From the NCBI RefSeq assembly GCF_009914755.1, contig NC_060945.1: a DNA stretch of 64,000 nucleotides. One strand, 5' to 3'. Both the position numbers and the translations under genes were made by a program. The stretch comes from the human T2T-CHM13v2.0 reference genome, Homo sapiens. Positions 24,616 to 37,490 of this stretch are shown here, one piece after another. Under the pieces are notes generated by a model. That model was not told where the DNA came from and did not search any database. It worked only from the letters and a program-made list of their open reading frames with translations. Within the stretch, counting starts at the first letter, position 1, and each line of letters starts with the position of its first letter.

Positions 24616-26879
24616 TCCTTTTTTTTTTTTAACTCAAATAGCCACTTTACAGACCCACTAACTATTTGTTTTAACCCAACACATGGTTTTTAAGAATGAC
24701 TCTAGACCTATCTTGTCTCTTACTGTATACTAGCAAATGGAAAGAGGCATAAATGAACACATTTGAAGAAAAAAAAGAAAATGACAAGCTTAATAGGGAA
24801 GACTGATCCAACATAAAGTAAGTCCATTGACACAGTAAGCATCTTTTTAGTTGGACTTAGAACATTTTGTTAATACTTTATTTAGTTATATAAGCATTTT
24901 GTATAATCATTTCTATCATCTCTCTATTCCATGGATTTAACTTTATTTCTGGCTGAATCATGTCCTATAGTTAAAAGATATTTGAATGTTTCTTTCATTA
25001 CAGCATAGGAGCCTTTAATCCCATAATCAGCATAATAACGTGATGTTTAGGTGCTACTTTCAAAATTCATCTTTGCAAAGAACATGCAGCTGAAATTTTC
25101 CATGGTATTAGGAAATTTAAGGTAAATACATAATGTTCTCACAAAGTATTTCAATTTACTCAATTTTCCAATTTATTCATTTAGAGAGTTCAACTTATTA
25201 ATCAATAAATGGTGCAAATAAAGCCAATAACATAGCTTCAATCTCGATATGAATCAGTTTCTCCGAATTACAAAATTTCGGATTCAGTGTTATAACTGCA
25301 CCATAACTTCATAAAAAAAAAAAACTGGAGAAAATTGATGCCTTAATTTAACTTATATTTCTAATGGGACATTAGCTCTCCCTGATGAGAGGGCAACAGA
25401 AACAGTGCATCATGTAAGCACAGGGCCCCAGTTGGCTTTATTTTAACTGAGACATTTTTAAGTGGATTTGGAGCTAAACCTAAGAATAGAAACACCTTTA
25501 AAAAATATAATAAGGATGAGAAATTATCTCTCTTTCTAATATAGCAGTGATTTTGTAAAATAATTTATCAAACTTATAGACTAACTTTTCTAATAATCCT
25601 ACAGCATTTCTAGAACATTGGCAAACCATACACAAAAGGGTTGAAATATGTTAAAATTCAATATATGCATTGCTATTATTAATCTTCTAAGCATCAAATT
25701 TCCCTAATATCTATGTCAGTGAACAGAATAAACATTTTTCTTCCAATGACTGTACTTATAGTCATCAAAATATTAAACATTAATTAATTAAGTCTTAAAA
25801 ATCCCACTATTTGCAAACTCTGTTCCAGGTTAAAAAAAACAAAAAACAAAAAACAAAAACAAAAAAACTCAAAAAATAAAGAAGACTCAGTCTCTGCCCT
25901 TCAGATAGCTGAAGTGACAAACACATAAGCACAGTTACAGAACAATGTGCCCTCACAAGAGGTATGCATAGGCAATGTGAGAGCAATGTGTGAGGGTAAT
26001 TTTTGTACCATTGTCTCCATTTATGTTAAGCTACATAACATTTATACTATAATTTACCTAATATTTTAAAATATTTAAATTACTTGCTTTTTATTTAAAT
26101 ACATTGCTTTCCGAATGAAAAGTTACTTCTCTACTCCATCATCATCACTTGCCAATAAAATAAGTAATCATATGAGTAGGCAGATAGACATTTATAATAC
26201 ACAATTTTGCATCTTTGAAATATCTCATTTTCTACATTTTAAAATTTGAATAAATAAATAAATAAATATGCCTCCTTCCTTAAATGATAAGAATTAAATT
26301 CAAGATTTAACAAACAGTAAGAGAATGGAAAATTTATAAATATTTACTGCTCATTGGCCCCACACCAGCAGTGATAAAGGGCATTTGTCTATCTTGCCCC
26401 TTTGGATAAACTCAAATATAGAAAAAATGACATGTTGTGTTGCTGTATAACCAGCAGCTCATCCTGGAAACAAACATGAAAGGTCAAAACTTGCCTCCCT
26501 GGTCCCATTTTCAGGTCTTGTTCTTCTGCTGGTTCTCCTACTAGGAATGGAAAGGTAATTACCCCCATAAGTAAAGTACAAAATAGCCAAAAGATAGGGA
26601 AATATTTTTCATGACAAGGACAACCTAAGCAGAAGATTGCTGGACAAGAAATCTCCCAGCTCCTCCCCTTTTATTTAATCTTTCATGAAATTTGTTTTCT
26701 TTTTAAAACATTGTTCATAGAACAATTTTAATTTATTAAAAACAGAACATCACAAAATAATGAACTCTAACCTATTTGGAAATATACAAATACAAAATGC
26801 TTATTTCAGTCCTCTGTTGCCATCTTCCAGGAATAATTAATCTATAATTTTTTATCTTCCTAGATGTTTTTCTACATTT

Positions 26880-26987
26880 ACATAAAAACAAATATGTATA
26901 TTTATATTATCTATACATACATATCTATATCAATATAGGTAGATGATATAGATACAAATATAGATATAGATGTATAGATATAGATAA
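26880..26987. repeat. Low-complexity (TA)/(TAGATA)n
   Basis: atatagatatagatgtatagatatagata. Confidence 0.75.
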
Positions 26988-27884
26988 TGGGAATTTATGG
27001 TCAAAAATAGCTTCTATTACTTATATTCAAAGATATCTGGAAGTGCTTACTGAAAATTGTGGAACCATTTATTGAGTGGAATTTGACAAATTAGAATATT
27101 AATTTAAATTTCATTAAATGTGTATTTTGATTTTAAAATATTGCTATCTTGATCATGCAAGTCTTCCCATCTAAGATACATGGTCTAATTCAGGTCATGT
27201 TCTCTGTCCTTTCTGAGAATTTTAGAGGTTTCCTTATGTTAGGAACTTTAACATTTTCCTGGGGATTTCATAGTTCTTGTTGGTTCTTCAAATATAACTT
27301 AATTTCCTTTTCATATTTTAAAGCTTATTACTGGTATAAAGAAAGGACTAATATTTTTATGTATTTATCACATAGACAGCAGTATTGTAACCTCACTCAC
27401 TAATTTTAATAGTTTTAATTTTTTTTAATTTTCTAGGAATATATACATGTTTTTAAAAGTAAATTTCTTTCTTTTTCCTAATAGTTAATGTTGCTTTGAT
27501 TTTCACTTAATGAATTTGGTAGCTTATCTGATCCATTGGTAACTAAACGTAAATGAAAAAATCTACGCAATTTCTTTAAACATATGACATGGATTTTCAA
27601 TACTGCCTGGCAATCCCATTTCATTTCTTCAGTTCGTCTCTCCCCAGTCTTTCAGATGATTATTGCATGCAGACATATCTATTCTCCAACATCTCACCTT
27701 TCTAATTTTTAAGTGATAACTTTGAGTCATATTTTAATAAGAAAATAGGAATATTTCATAAGATATTTATAAAATATCTACAAAATATCGAATATTTATA
27801 AAAATCTGAACATTTATAAAATATCCACCAAAGCTCTTCCAGCTATCCCCAAACATTACTGTGTCCACTTTTCTTCCCATCACC

Positions 27885-28203
27885 TTTTTTTTTTCTTTTT
27901 TTGAGACAGAGTCTCGCTCTGTTGCCAGGCTGGAGCGCAGTGGCACGATCTTGGCTCACTGCAACCTTGCAACCTTTGCCTCTCAGGTTCAAGCTATTCT
28001 CCTGCCTCAGCCTCCCGAGTAGCTGGGACTACAGGCGTGTGCCACCAAGCCCAGATAATGTTTGTTTTTTGTTTTGTTTTGTTTTGTTTTTGTATTTTTA
28101 GTAGAGATGGGGTTTCACCATGTTGGCCAGGATGGTCTCGATCTCTGCCCACCTCAGCCTCCTAAAGTGCTAGGATTACAGATGTGAACCACCGTGCTCG
28201 GCC
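27885..28203 (-). mobile_element. AluSc-like with (GTTTT)n expansion in the linker, a small duplication and a left-arm deletion
   Basis: T-tail, 'gttgccaggc', duplicated 'tgcaacct', linker 'gtttgttttttgttttgtttt..', 'ccaggatggtctcgatctc' joined directly to 'tgcccacctc'. Confidence 0.93.
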
Positions 28204-28209
28204 CCCATT

Positions 28210-29455
28210 CTCTCTTAAAACTACTCTAATCAGGATTTCATCCCTACTGCTGCATGAAACCGCTCTCATCAAGAATATCCAAACCTCCCTGGTTTACTTT
28301 AAATACTTCTTAATCCTCACCTTTCTTGACCCTCAGCAGCATCGTATGCAGTTGAATGCTCCCTCCTCTTGGCCCATTGTCTCCGCTTGGTGTCAGACAC
28401 GCCACTCTCAGCACTCTTTCCTTCTACTTGCCTGTCTTTTCCTTCTCAGTCTTCTTTGCTAGCCCTTTGTCTTCTCCCTGTCCTCTAAATATTGGTGTAT
28501 CCCAGAGCTCAGTCTACATCCCTCTCTCTCCTCTTCCCTACACACTCTCATTTTCCAGATAGTCTCATGTAGTCCTTGGCTTTAAAATACCTACATTTAT
28601 ATCTTCAATCCCAAATTTGCCTCTGAGATGCCGAATCATATGTACAATTGCCTGCTCTGCATTTAAGATGGATACCTAATTGATAACTAACTATAAGCTG
28701 TCCAAAACAGGATTCCAGATTTGACCCTCTTCCCAATCACAGATATATGTCTGTGTTGTAAAGATAGATAGATAAATACGCAACGCACACAAAGTCTGAC
28801 CACTCTTACCACAACCATCTCTACTTTTCCACAATAACCCCCAGTGGATCTCCTTGCTTCTACTCTTCCCTTTCTATAGCAGCCAGTGTGATCTTTTAAA
28901 AATACAAATAAAATTATATTATGTCCCCAGACTGCCCTTCCCGTTAAACATAAAATAAAATCCAAAGCCTTCTTATGGCCCGTAATGATCCACATGTACC
29001 TTTCTCCCACCCTGTACCTCATTAAGCTCATTCCCTACCTCTCTTGCTCACAGTGAAGACTACACTGGCTTTGTTGCTATTTCTAGACAAATAAAGATCA
29101 CTCCAAGTTCTGGGCCTCTGTGCTCACCATCTCTCTGTCTTGAAAATACTTCCCCCAATTATATTCATGGCTCACTCCCTCGCTTTGGTTGGGTCTATAT
29201 ACTTAATTGTCACATCAAAGAGGAGGCCCTTCTGGCCATGCTTTCTAAAGTACATTCCCCTCACTATCATTCTGTGTTACTTTTCATCATGGCCCTTATC
29301 ACTTCCATAAGGCACTCATTATTATCTTATTATCATCTCTCTCTTTATTAGAATACAGGTTCCCTGAAAACACAAATTTCCCGTCTTGGTCACCATCATA
29401 TTCTTATCACCAAGAACACTAAATGGCAGATAGTAGTCAATCAATAAATGAGTGT
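28210..29455 (+). mobile_element. L2 (L2a-like) 3' ~1.2 kb
   Basis: 'gaaaccgctctcatcaag', 'cttgacc.tcagcagcat', 'catggctcactccctc', terminus 'tagaatacaggttccctga..cagatagtag..aataaat'. Confidence 0.8.
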
Positions 29456-29873
29456 TCAGTGATGAGAAAGTGTTTAAAACTAAGTTGAATAAAATTGGTA
29501 ATACAAAAATTGATAATACCACTACTATTTCTGTCTTTAGTTAACTCCCATACAATTTCCCTTGCTGGGTTTTGTTTTATTCCTATTTAATTCATTTAGA
29601 GTATTATTAGTAATAGTCTCCTTGCTTCTATTCTGTTAAGTTTCCTGAAATACTCTTGCAGCCCCTATTTATAGGATAAAATTAGTTTTCTCCTTTACCT
29701 TCACATTTAAATATATTGGAAATTTTTGTTATATCACCCTTATATTGTAGGAGTAAATTGTTCTTGTCCATAAATATTTATCTTTATGGCATCTGGCTTT
29801 ATTGCTAATTTACCAATTGATATCATTTTCTTCTTAACCCTCTTCAAGAGAGCTATTAAATGTGGCAATAAAA

Positions 29874-30249
29874 TGATATGGTTTGGCTGTGTCCCCACCC
29901 AAATCTCATCTTGAATTATAGTTCCCATAATCCCCACATGTCATAAGAGAGACCCAGTGGGAGGTAATAGAATCATGGGGGTGGTTACCCCCATGCTGTT
30001 CTCCTGATAGTCAAAGAGTTCTCATGAGATCTGATAGTTTTATAAGAGGCTTTTCCCCCTTTTGCTCGGCACTTCCCCTTGCTGCCACCATGTGAGGAAG
30101 GGCATGTTTGCCTCCCCTTCCACCACGATTATAAGTTTCCTGAGGCCTTCCCAACCATGCTGAACTGTGAGTCAATTAGACCTCTTTCCTTTATAAATTA
30201 CTGAGTCTCAGGTATGTCTTTATTAGCGGCATGAGAACAGACTAATACA
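29874..30249 (+). mobile_element. THE1 (THE1C-like) MaLR solo LTR
   Basis: tgatatggtttggctgtgtccccacccaaatctcatcttgaatt ... gcatgagaacagactaataca. Confidence 0.93.
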
Positions 30250-31999
30250 TTACAACATCCTATTTCTTAGGAGTTTGCCCAGGAGAGTGTTGATTCTTAG
30301 GCACTTTATGTATTTCAGTAAAACTAATTTATTAAATAGGTAATTTTAAAATATCTGAACTAATATCTATATATTGAATATATAATCTAAAAATAGCTAC
30401 TTTTCTAAATTGGCCATATAAATAACTTCATCTAACAGACAATAGTCTTTCTAGGTCACATGATCTGATTTGGGATTCGAAAAAACAATGTCAGATATTG
30501 CAACTATATCATGGCAGCCAGTGAACAAAGTTCACATTCCATGCTTCTTGTATTTGGACAGAGCTCAAACTACATAACTGAGACCTCAGAGCTGAGATAT
30601 ATCAAAGACCATAGATTTGAGTCCAGATTAACATGTTCTGCTCAAGCATCCTCATGATTTAAGGATTATTTTTATATTACAAAAGACCCCATTTTTCTTT
30701 AGCAAACATACCATAAGTCATGTTTAAAGAAAGGTACATAGAGCTAGGTGGATGTTTACAAGAGCCCTTTGAGTTAAATCCAAAATTATTAGCCTTTCTG
30801 CTGTATGCTTATAAATGAAGCATAGCACAACATAATAGCTAGATTGACCACAATTAGGTCCCTGAATTAAAGGCAAGAAATAAGACATTTTGACAGCTCT
30901 GGAACATTGCATTTCATGGGGTTCAGTGCACAGCTAGGTAACACAGGTCTTCCTGTAATTGCAGTACAATGGGAAAATTCAGTGCTTAATTGCCTTCAGA
31001 TTTTCTCATGTGATGGATATAAAAATCAAGTGCCAGCATTGTCTCCCTGCCATTAAGTGAAACACAACTAAAAACATTTTGGAGTTTAACTGTCCTAAAC
31101 CAGAATAAGAGTACATGTTGGGCTTCTTTCTCAGGCATAGTTTCTGTAACTATATACCTGTTTTTTCACAAATATAGAAAAAAATACTTTAAGAGTCCTG
31201 GTTGACAAAATGCTTTTAAAAATATTTTAAGAGCCCTGGCTTACGTCATCAGTAATATCCTCCCTTTCTCATATTAAAACAGTGCATCCAAAGTCTGCCA
31301 TTTCCTTAGCAAGGCTGGGAAAATAATCTTTAACAATGTGCCAAGATGAAAAGAAGTGTGGTTATTTTTGTTACTTCTTTCACCAGAAGAAAAAGGAGAA
31401 GAAAGAGGAGGAGGATGAAAATGAGGAGGAGTAGGAAAATGCTGCATTTTGTAGCAAATTGTAAATGTTATATTTACAAACCACATATCACTTTATATTC
31501 CGGGATAGAGAGCAGTTGTCGCTGAGGGATTTCTGGAAATATGGGCTAAATCCCAAGAGTGGCTCTGGAAAATACTGGGAAGACAGCAGATGAAAATTAC
31601 TACTGTGAGGAGAATGTAAATGACACTGTGAAAATGCCAGATGTAGACAGACATATCCTCTACTGAAGAGCATCTGCCTGGGGAGAAGACAGGGAGCTTC
31701 ATTTGAGCACAGTGAGGCAGCTATAAGCACTCATAGCCACTTCTCCTTCCAGCTGGCCTTACTGAGAAAAACTCAAGACTGAACTCCACTGAACCATCTG
31801 CATCCACCCAAATGAATAGCAGGAAGACTAACTCCATGCAGGAGCCCCTGGGCTTTCATGGTCCACATTCATAAATCCCAAGGATTCAGAGCAGCATTCT
31901 TTAATGTAATGGAGAAAATACTATTCTCAAACATACTCAACAATAATGTTGTAAAACATATGGCTAATGAATGCATTGTCCTGATTATCTACAGGAACT

Positions 32000-32472
32000 T
32001 GTAAGACTGTTCTTCAGGTAGCCTTGGACAGACCCAGTTCTCCCCATTTTCTCACTTGCAGTTCTCAAGAATAACCATAGAATGTGCAAGGAATGCAACA
32101 TCTTGAGGTAGAAAGGAACTGGCCAGAACATCCTGGGCTCTGTTCCAGTCCCCTACCCTTGAACAGGATGTCCTTCGATGCCTTATCACAGCAAGTCACG
32201 TGACCCTGAAGTGTATAATCCTGCAAAGGGAGCTTTTCAGGCTTCCTCATGTGCAATGCAAGCAGGGCATATGTACTCAAGACTCCACCCATCCCAGGCA
32301 GCTTTCCTGAGCCTTGAGCGACTGACTCTCAATGAGTCCTTGGTTTCTGTTATCCCTTGCTGCCCATCTGTAAGTAATAAACTGGCTTCATGCATCTTGT
32401 TGCATATAAGAACGTTTTGTCTCACTGGACTCGAACAAGTTGTTAGCCAGTGCACAGTGGACCTGCTTCACA
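32000..32472 (+). mobile_element. ERVL solo LTR (LTR32/LTR47 group)
   Basis: TG...CA ends; 'gttctcaagaataac..gaatgcaacatc.tgag..gaactggccagaaca..gggctctgttccagtccc'; TATA-like tataat near 32214 and AATAAA near 32376. Confidence 0.75.
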
Positions 32473-33088
32473 GAATGCGAAGAGTCCAAGGCTTGGGGGT
32501 GATGTTTAGGTTGTAACAAAGCCACAAAGCACAGGTGATTGTCCATGGCAATAAAGACTATGTCTTAACATTTTACAGCTGTTACAGACATAAATTGGAA
32601 GAGAATCTATATCTGACCCTTTAAGGGGCACCTATGTGAAGTCATTTGCTGCTGAGGGCAGCTTTATACTTTAACCAAAAAGTCAAAGAAAATTCATCAT
32701 TTCCTTTTGATTTCTGGAGCCAACATCGTTCTCCTACTCAGATGCTCTTCCCAGAAGACATCATCTGTAACTTGTGATCTGTGAACTGTACGTGACAGGC
32801 AAACTGAATTCTCTTTAGAATTATCTCTTTTCAGACGGGAAGATCAGTAATGACCAAATGAGTACCGGTTTGTTGCAAGAAGCACCCTGCTACCTCACCC
32901 TAATGATTAAATTTGTAATTTTTCCTTGTCTGTGGCCACTAACTATTCATAATTCTGAACCATATTTTTAGAATAATTTCTATAGTGGAATTATTTTATT
33001 GCCAGTTGTTGTTTTGTTGATTTTGGCCCACAGAAGCAGATCATAGTGGAAGAGAGAATGCCACCTGAGGCAGGACCCAGTCCAAGAC

Positions 33089-33138
33089 AAACTAGAATGT
33101 TTACTTAAGACCTGGCATAAACTAGAATGTTTACTTAA
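33089..33138. repeat. 20-bp direct repeat, 30-bp period
   Basis: aaactagaatgtttacttaa at 33089-33108 and 33119-33138. Confidence 0.9.
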
Positions 33139-33150
33139 AACACTCCATTA

Positions 33151-33199
33151 TTTTTTGTTTGTTTTTTGTTTGTTTTTGAGATTGAGTCTCACCCTGTCA
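33151..33199 (-). mobile_element. Alu 3'-terminal fragment (patterned tail plus ~22 nt), antisense
   Basis: ttttttgtttgttttttgtttgttttt-gagattgagtctcaccctgtca matches the reverse-complement Alu end gagacggagtctcgctctgtca. Confidence 0.8.
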
Positions 33200-33880
33200 A
33201 GAAACGACAGATGCTGGCAAGGTTGAGGAGAAATAGGAAAGCTTTTACACTGTTGGTGGGAGTGTAAATTAGTTCAACCATTGTGGAAGACAATGTGGTG
33301 ATTCCTCAAAGATTTAGAACCAGAAATACCACTTGACCCAGCAATCCCATTATTGGGTATATATCCAAAGGAATATAAATCATTCCATTATAAAGACACA
33401 TGCACGCATATGTTCATTGCAGCACTACTCACAATAGCAAAGACATGGAATCAATCCAAATGCCCATCAGTGATAGACTGGATAAAGAAAATATGGTACA
33501 TATACACAATGGAATACTATGCAGCCATAAAAAGGACCAAGATCATGTCTTTTGCAGGGACATGGATGAAGCTAGAAGCCACTATCCTCAGCAAACTAAC
33601 ACAGGAACAGAAAGCCGAACACCACATGTTCTCACTTATAAGTGGGAGCTGAACAATGAGAACATATGGACACAAGGAGGGGAACACCACACACTGGGGC
33701 CTATCAGGGAAGCAGGGATAAAAGCATTAGAGAAAAGAACGAAATGCATGCTGGGCTTAATACCTAGGTGATGAGTTGATAGGTGCAGCAAACCACCATG
33801 CCACATGTTTACCTGCGTAACAAACCTGCACATCTTGTACATGTACCCCCGAACTTTAAAAAAGTAAAGTAAAATAAAAT
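33196..33880 (+). mobile_element. L1PA10-13-like 3' end
   Basis: ORF 33353-33652 is the ORF2p C-terminus (GIYPK..CTHMFIAAL.TIAKTWNQ..MFSLISGS); 3' UTR 'gggcttaatacctaggtgatg.gttgataggtgcagcaaaccaccatg'; A tail; TSD taaaacactccatta. Confidence 0.95.
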
Positions 33881-35647
33881 AAAACACTCCATTAGCATGG
33901 AATTCAACAAGCTGAGGATTTTCAAGAGACAATTATAATACAAAAGAGATGGAAAAGCTATGTTGTATCTCTACTGTTCAGTAATCACCAGAGGCACCCA
34001 AAGACAGAAGCTGATCCCTCACTATGACGCTTAAAATGGTCCACAACTCAACCCTCTAGTCACTCCTGACATGAACATTAGCCAGACCAGTCTTTGCACA
34101 ATTCCTCAAGTTCCCCTGTGGTAGGATGGCAACTACTTATTCCCCACTCCTGATTTTGCCTTCCACATGAAGGGAACTTTTCTAGCTACAAGAAGCCTAG
34201 CCTTTCCTCACCCTTTTACTCATTCCGTTTCCTTACAATAAGGAATAATGTATTGATTGCTGAGATTAGAAGGAGTAATCAGTGAGCCACAGTCCAGCTC
34301 CTTTCTGCTACCTGCAGAACACATACTTTTTCCTCTTTTATCCCATACCTTAAATTTCAAAGGGCCCTGCCCCTATGTGAAGTGGTAGTGGAGTGGACTG
34401 GGATGGAGTGGGAACACTTATCTTTGCTGACTCATTTGGGGATTTTAGTTTTAGAAAACCCTTGACCACACAAGGGACATTTTGTTCCTCTGTGCCTTAC
34501 TGCTGTCTTACTTTTCAGTTGGGTCAGAACACACAGAAGAAGTAGGGATGCTATTTTGAGGTCACCTCAAAGACCACAGGACTATATTTGTTCACAACTT
34601 CTTGTTCCAGGAGTTTCTGCCATCTGGAAGGTACTTCCTCATTCTTTTCACCTTTTCCAAATGTATGCACCATTCAAGCTATTTTTCAAGTCTTAACTTC
34701 AACCACAAAATGTTCCACAAAGCAGCTGTGATATTTAAATAATGTAATATGTGTGAAAGCATTGTGTCTGGGGCAGTAGGTATATACTAGGTGTGACTTT
34801 TCTTTTTCCTTCTTAGTCACTCAAGTCTATGTTAATCTTCACCATACACTGCTGGTTTGAGTACCAAGAGGTGCAAATATCTAGAAATCAGTGAGATGTT
34901 ATATCTAAAGAGCCATAAAATTAACCATGCCCTTTGAGCCAAAGTTCCACTTCTGAGAATGTATGCTGACTTAAAGCTGAAACTGGCAAATATTTATACC
35001 CCAAGATATATGTTATATTGTGATCAATAAGGAAATGACTAAGTAAATTGTGGCATCGACATATAATGGATTATTTCGCAACATTTAAGATTACACTAGC
35101 AAGTTTCTAAAGATAACACAAAGTATTTCTATACTTCTGCATGATCTTACCTCAGTGGTAATCATTCCCTCTCCTGAAAAATAATAAGAGCTTTATTTTT
35201 CACTCTCTTTTCTGTGTCATTCTTCAACATTATACTTTAAGAGGATTTTTTCACTATTTTCTATCATGATAATCATCATCGTTATCATCTGAAAACACAA
35301 AACCATATGTGCTGATTTTACAGGTGTTGCAGTATGAGGATATTCTCTGGAAGTTTACAATACAAAATATGCAACCACATCACACAGTAAAAACTCAATA
35401 TGTATTCGTGAAGTAGTTGAGTGAATGACCTGGACTAATGTATGTATTAATAATAAAGGTACAGGTATCAAGTTCATATGTATGTACTACCTGAGTAAAT
35501 AAATGAATGATTAGTGAATCATCTCTACTGTCTAATTATATATCAATCATTCATTTTGTTTTTCACTTTATTCCAGGAGATGCTAATTGCCTGTCCATTT
35601 CCCCAGTACTTCTCATATGTTCATTTTTGAAACAGGAAATAACCACT

Positions 35648-35771
35648 CACGATGCCCTCGGCAACATTGACTCTAAAGTATGAAATAGAACACAATTTCA
35701 AAATGAAGCACGATGCCCTCGGCAACATTGACTCTAAAGTATGAAATAGAACACAATTTCAAAATGAAGCA
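35648..35771. repeat. Perfect 61-bp tandem duplication
   Basis: 35648-35708 is identical to 35709-35769, followed by CA microhomology. Confidence 0.97.
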
Positions 35772-36330
35772 GGCAATTAGGAAAGTACCAGGTTATGACC
35801 ATAAATAACATTCATTCTCCCACTTCAGTATAGCTGCACCACACCATTAATATACACAAAGTGCAAAAAGTGTTCTCTCCTTATTGCTTCCTGCAATTGG
35901 ATCTGATGGATCATTTACCTTCAAAAACTTTATGTAAGTCTGTTCTCAAGTCAAGGTTTTAGATAACCAGTTTTTTTCTTTTTTTAGACAGAGTTCACAT
36001 AGACAAAATAATCGCCCCCAAGTAGCTAAGTCTCAGATGTATTATGAGACAGATATTAAGAAACTAACGTATAAGTATTAAAATACTGAATAAGTGAATC
36101 AAATTTGCCATGAATCTCCCTGTTTAAAAAATGTCAACACTTTTATGATTCACTTTAACTGTAGTGGTATCAAGTTGGCATTCCTCTTAGATGCTCTTAC
36201 TCCTCTCTCATATTACTGTAAGTGACTGATGATATGTATCAAGAATCAGACCATGTTGTTAAAAACACACACACAAGTACGATAATAAATTTTATCTTTT
36301 TGTAACTGTGAAATACTATTTTTTAATCTT

Positions 36331-36433
36331 TTTTTGTTTTTTGTTTTTTGTTTTGAGACAGAGTCTTGCTCTGTTCCCTAGGCTGGAGTGCAATGGCATA
36401 GTCTTGGCTCCCTGCAACCTCCGCCTCCTGGGT
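36331..36433 (-). mobile_element. Severely 5'-truncated Alu (~80 nt of right arm plus tail)
   Basis: Perfect 15-bp TSD ctattttttaatctt at 36316-36330 and 36434-36448. Confidence 0.93.
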
Positions 36434-37490
36434 CTATTTTTTAATCTTACTTGAACCTCGTTATGTTATTAACCTCCCTTTCAAATCTAAGAAAGTATCT
36501 TTAAAATGGTATATTGACCATGAACAATATGCAAATGCTAAGGCCTATATGATGTTGTCTGGAGTCCCCTGCTGTCATGCAGATGTCACAGTGATTGGCT
36601 TCCTGCTCCCAGGTCAGATTTGCTCTACCCTGAGGCTAATCTGTCCTTGTTACTTCACACACTGTCCTGTGTAGAACCACATTCTTCATTAACATCTAAT
36701 TTCCTAGAAAATTTTTTTTCCGATAAAGAGCACTTCCTGGAAGATCGGGGCACCCGAATGAGCCGGCATTTTCTACATCTTCAGGGCTTTGTAAAGCTTA
36801 AGATAACTGACAAATAGCCTTAAATGTTTGTTGCTGAATTACAAGAAAATTTAGTGTGCATGAAGAACGGTTTCCAGATTTTAATCCATGCATTAATCCA
36901 TTAAAACACCTTCGACTTCTGAGGCCCCTTTAAAATATGAGGAGCTGACTGAGAATTGTGAATTGCATGCATATTCTAAACTTTAAAAAAGCTATTGACA
37001 AGATTTTCTTGGTGGATAATTTTTCCATGACTGCATCATTCTTTCCAAAGCAGAAACATGTTTAGGTTAGCATTTTTAATACTAAGTATTAGACCCTGAA
37101 CATTTTATTTGTACCATTTATATGGTATTCTGGACTTACTGTGTCTTTGAGGAATTTGTGCTTCAAGAAGAGTGGGCTGAAACAGAAAAATATCACCTTC
37201 GAAATAAGACTGATACTAACCAAATTCATGGAAGGATATGTAAGCCAGATGCCAACTTGATCATTTGCATTGAGAATTTCAACTACTAAGGAAAGCAAAT
37301 TCTCATATCCACTATGTAGTATATTGTTTACCTGTGTGCATAAATATCTACCCTGAAAGACAAACTGTTATCAAAAGATTGCTTGGTGAGTATGGACACA
37401 GAGAAATTAGAATGAGCTGTGTGATCTTTATGTTGATTTCCTCAGGCATTGACCACCAAATGTAACTTTTCATAGGCAGATTCTTGGGTT

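Noticed and set aside
35648-35771. Direct repeats here and at 33089, 43561 and 63045 as a CRISPR-like array
   Set aside because: Only two or three copies each, no regular unique spacers, no cas genes, and the DNA is primate.
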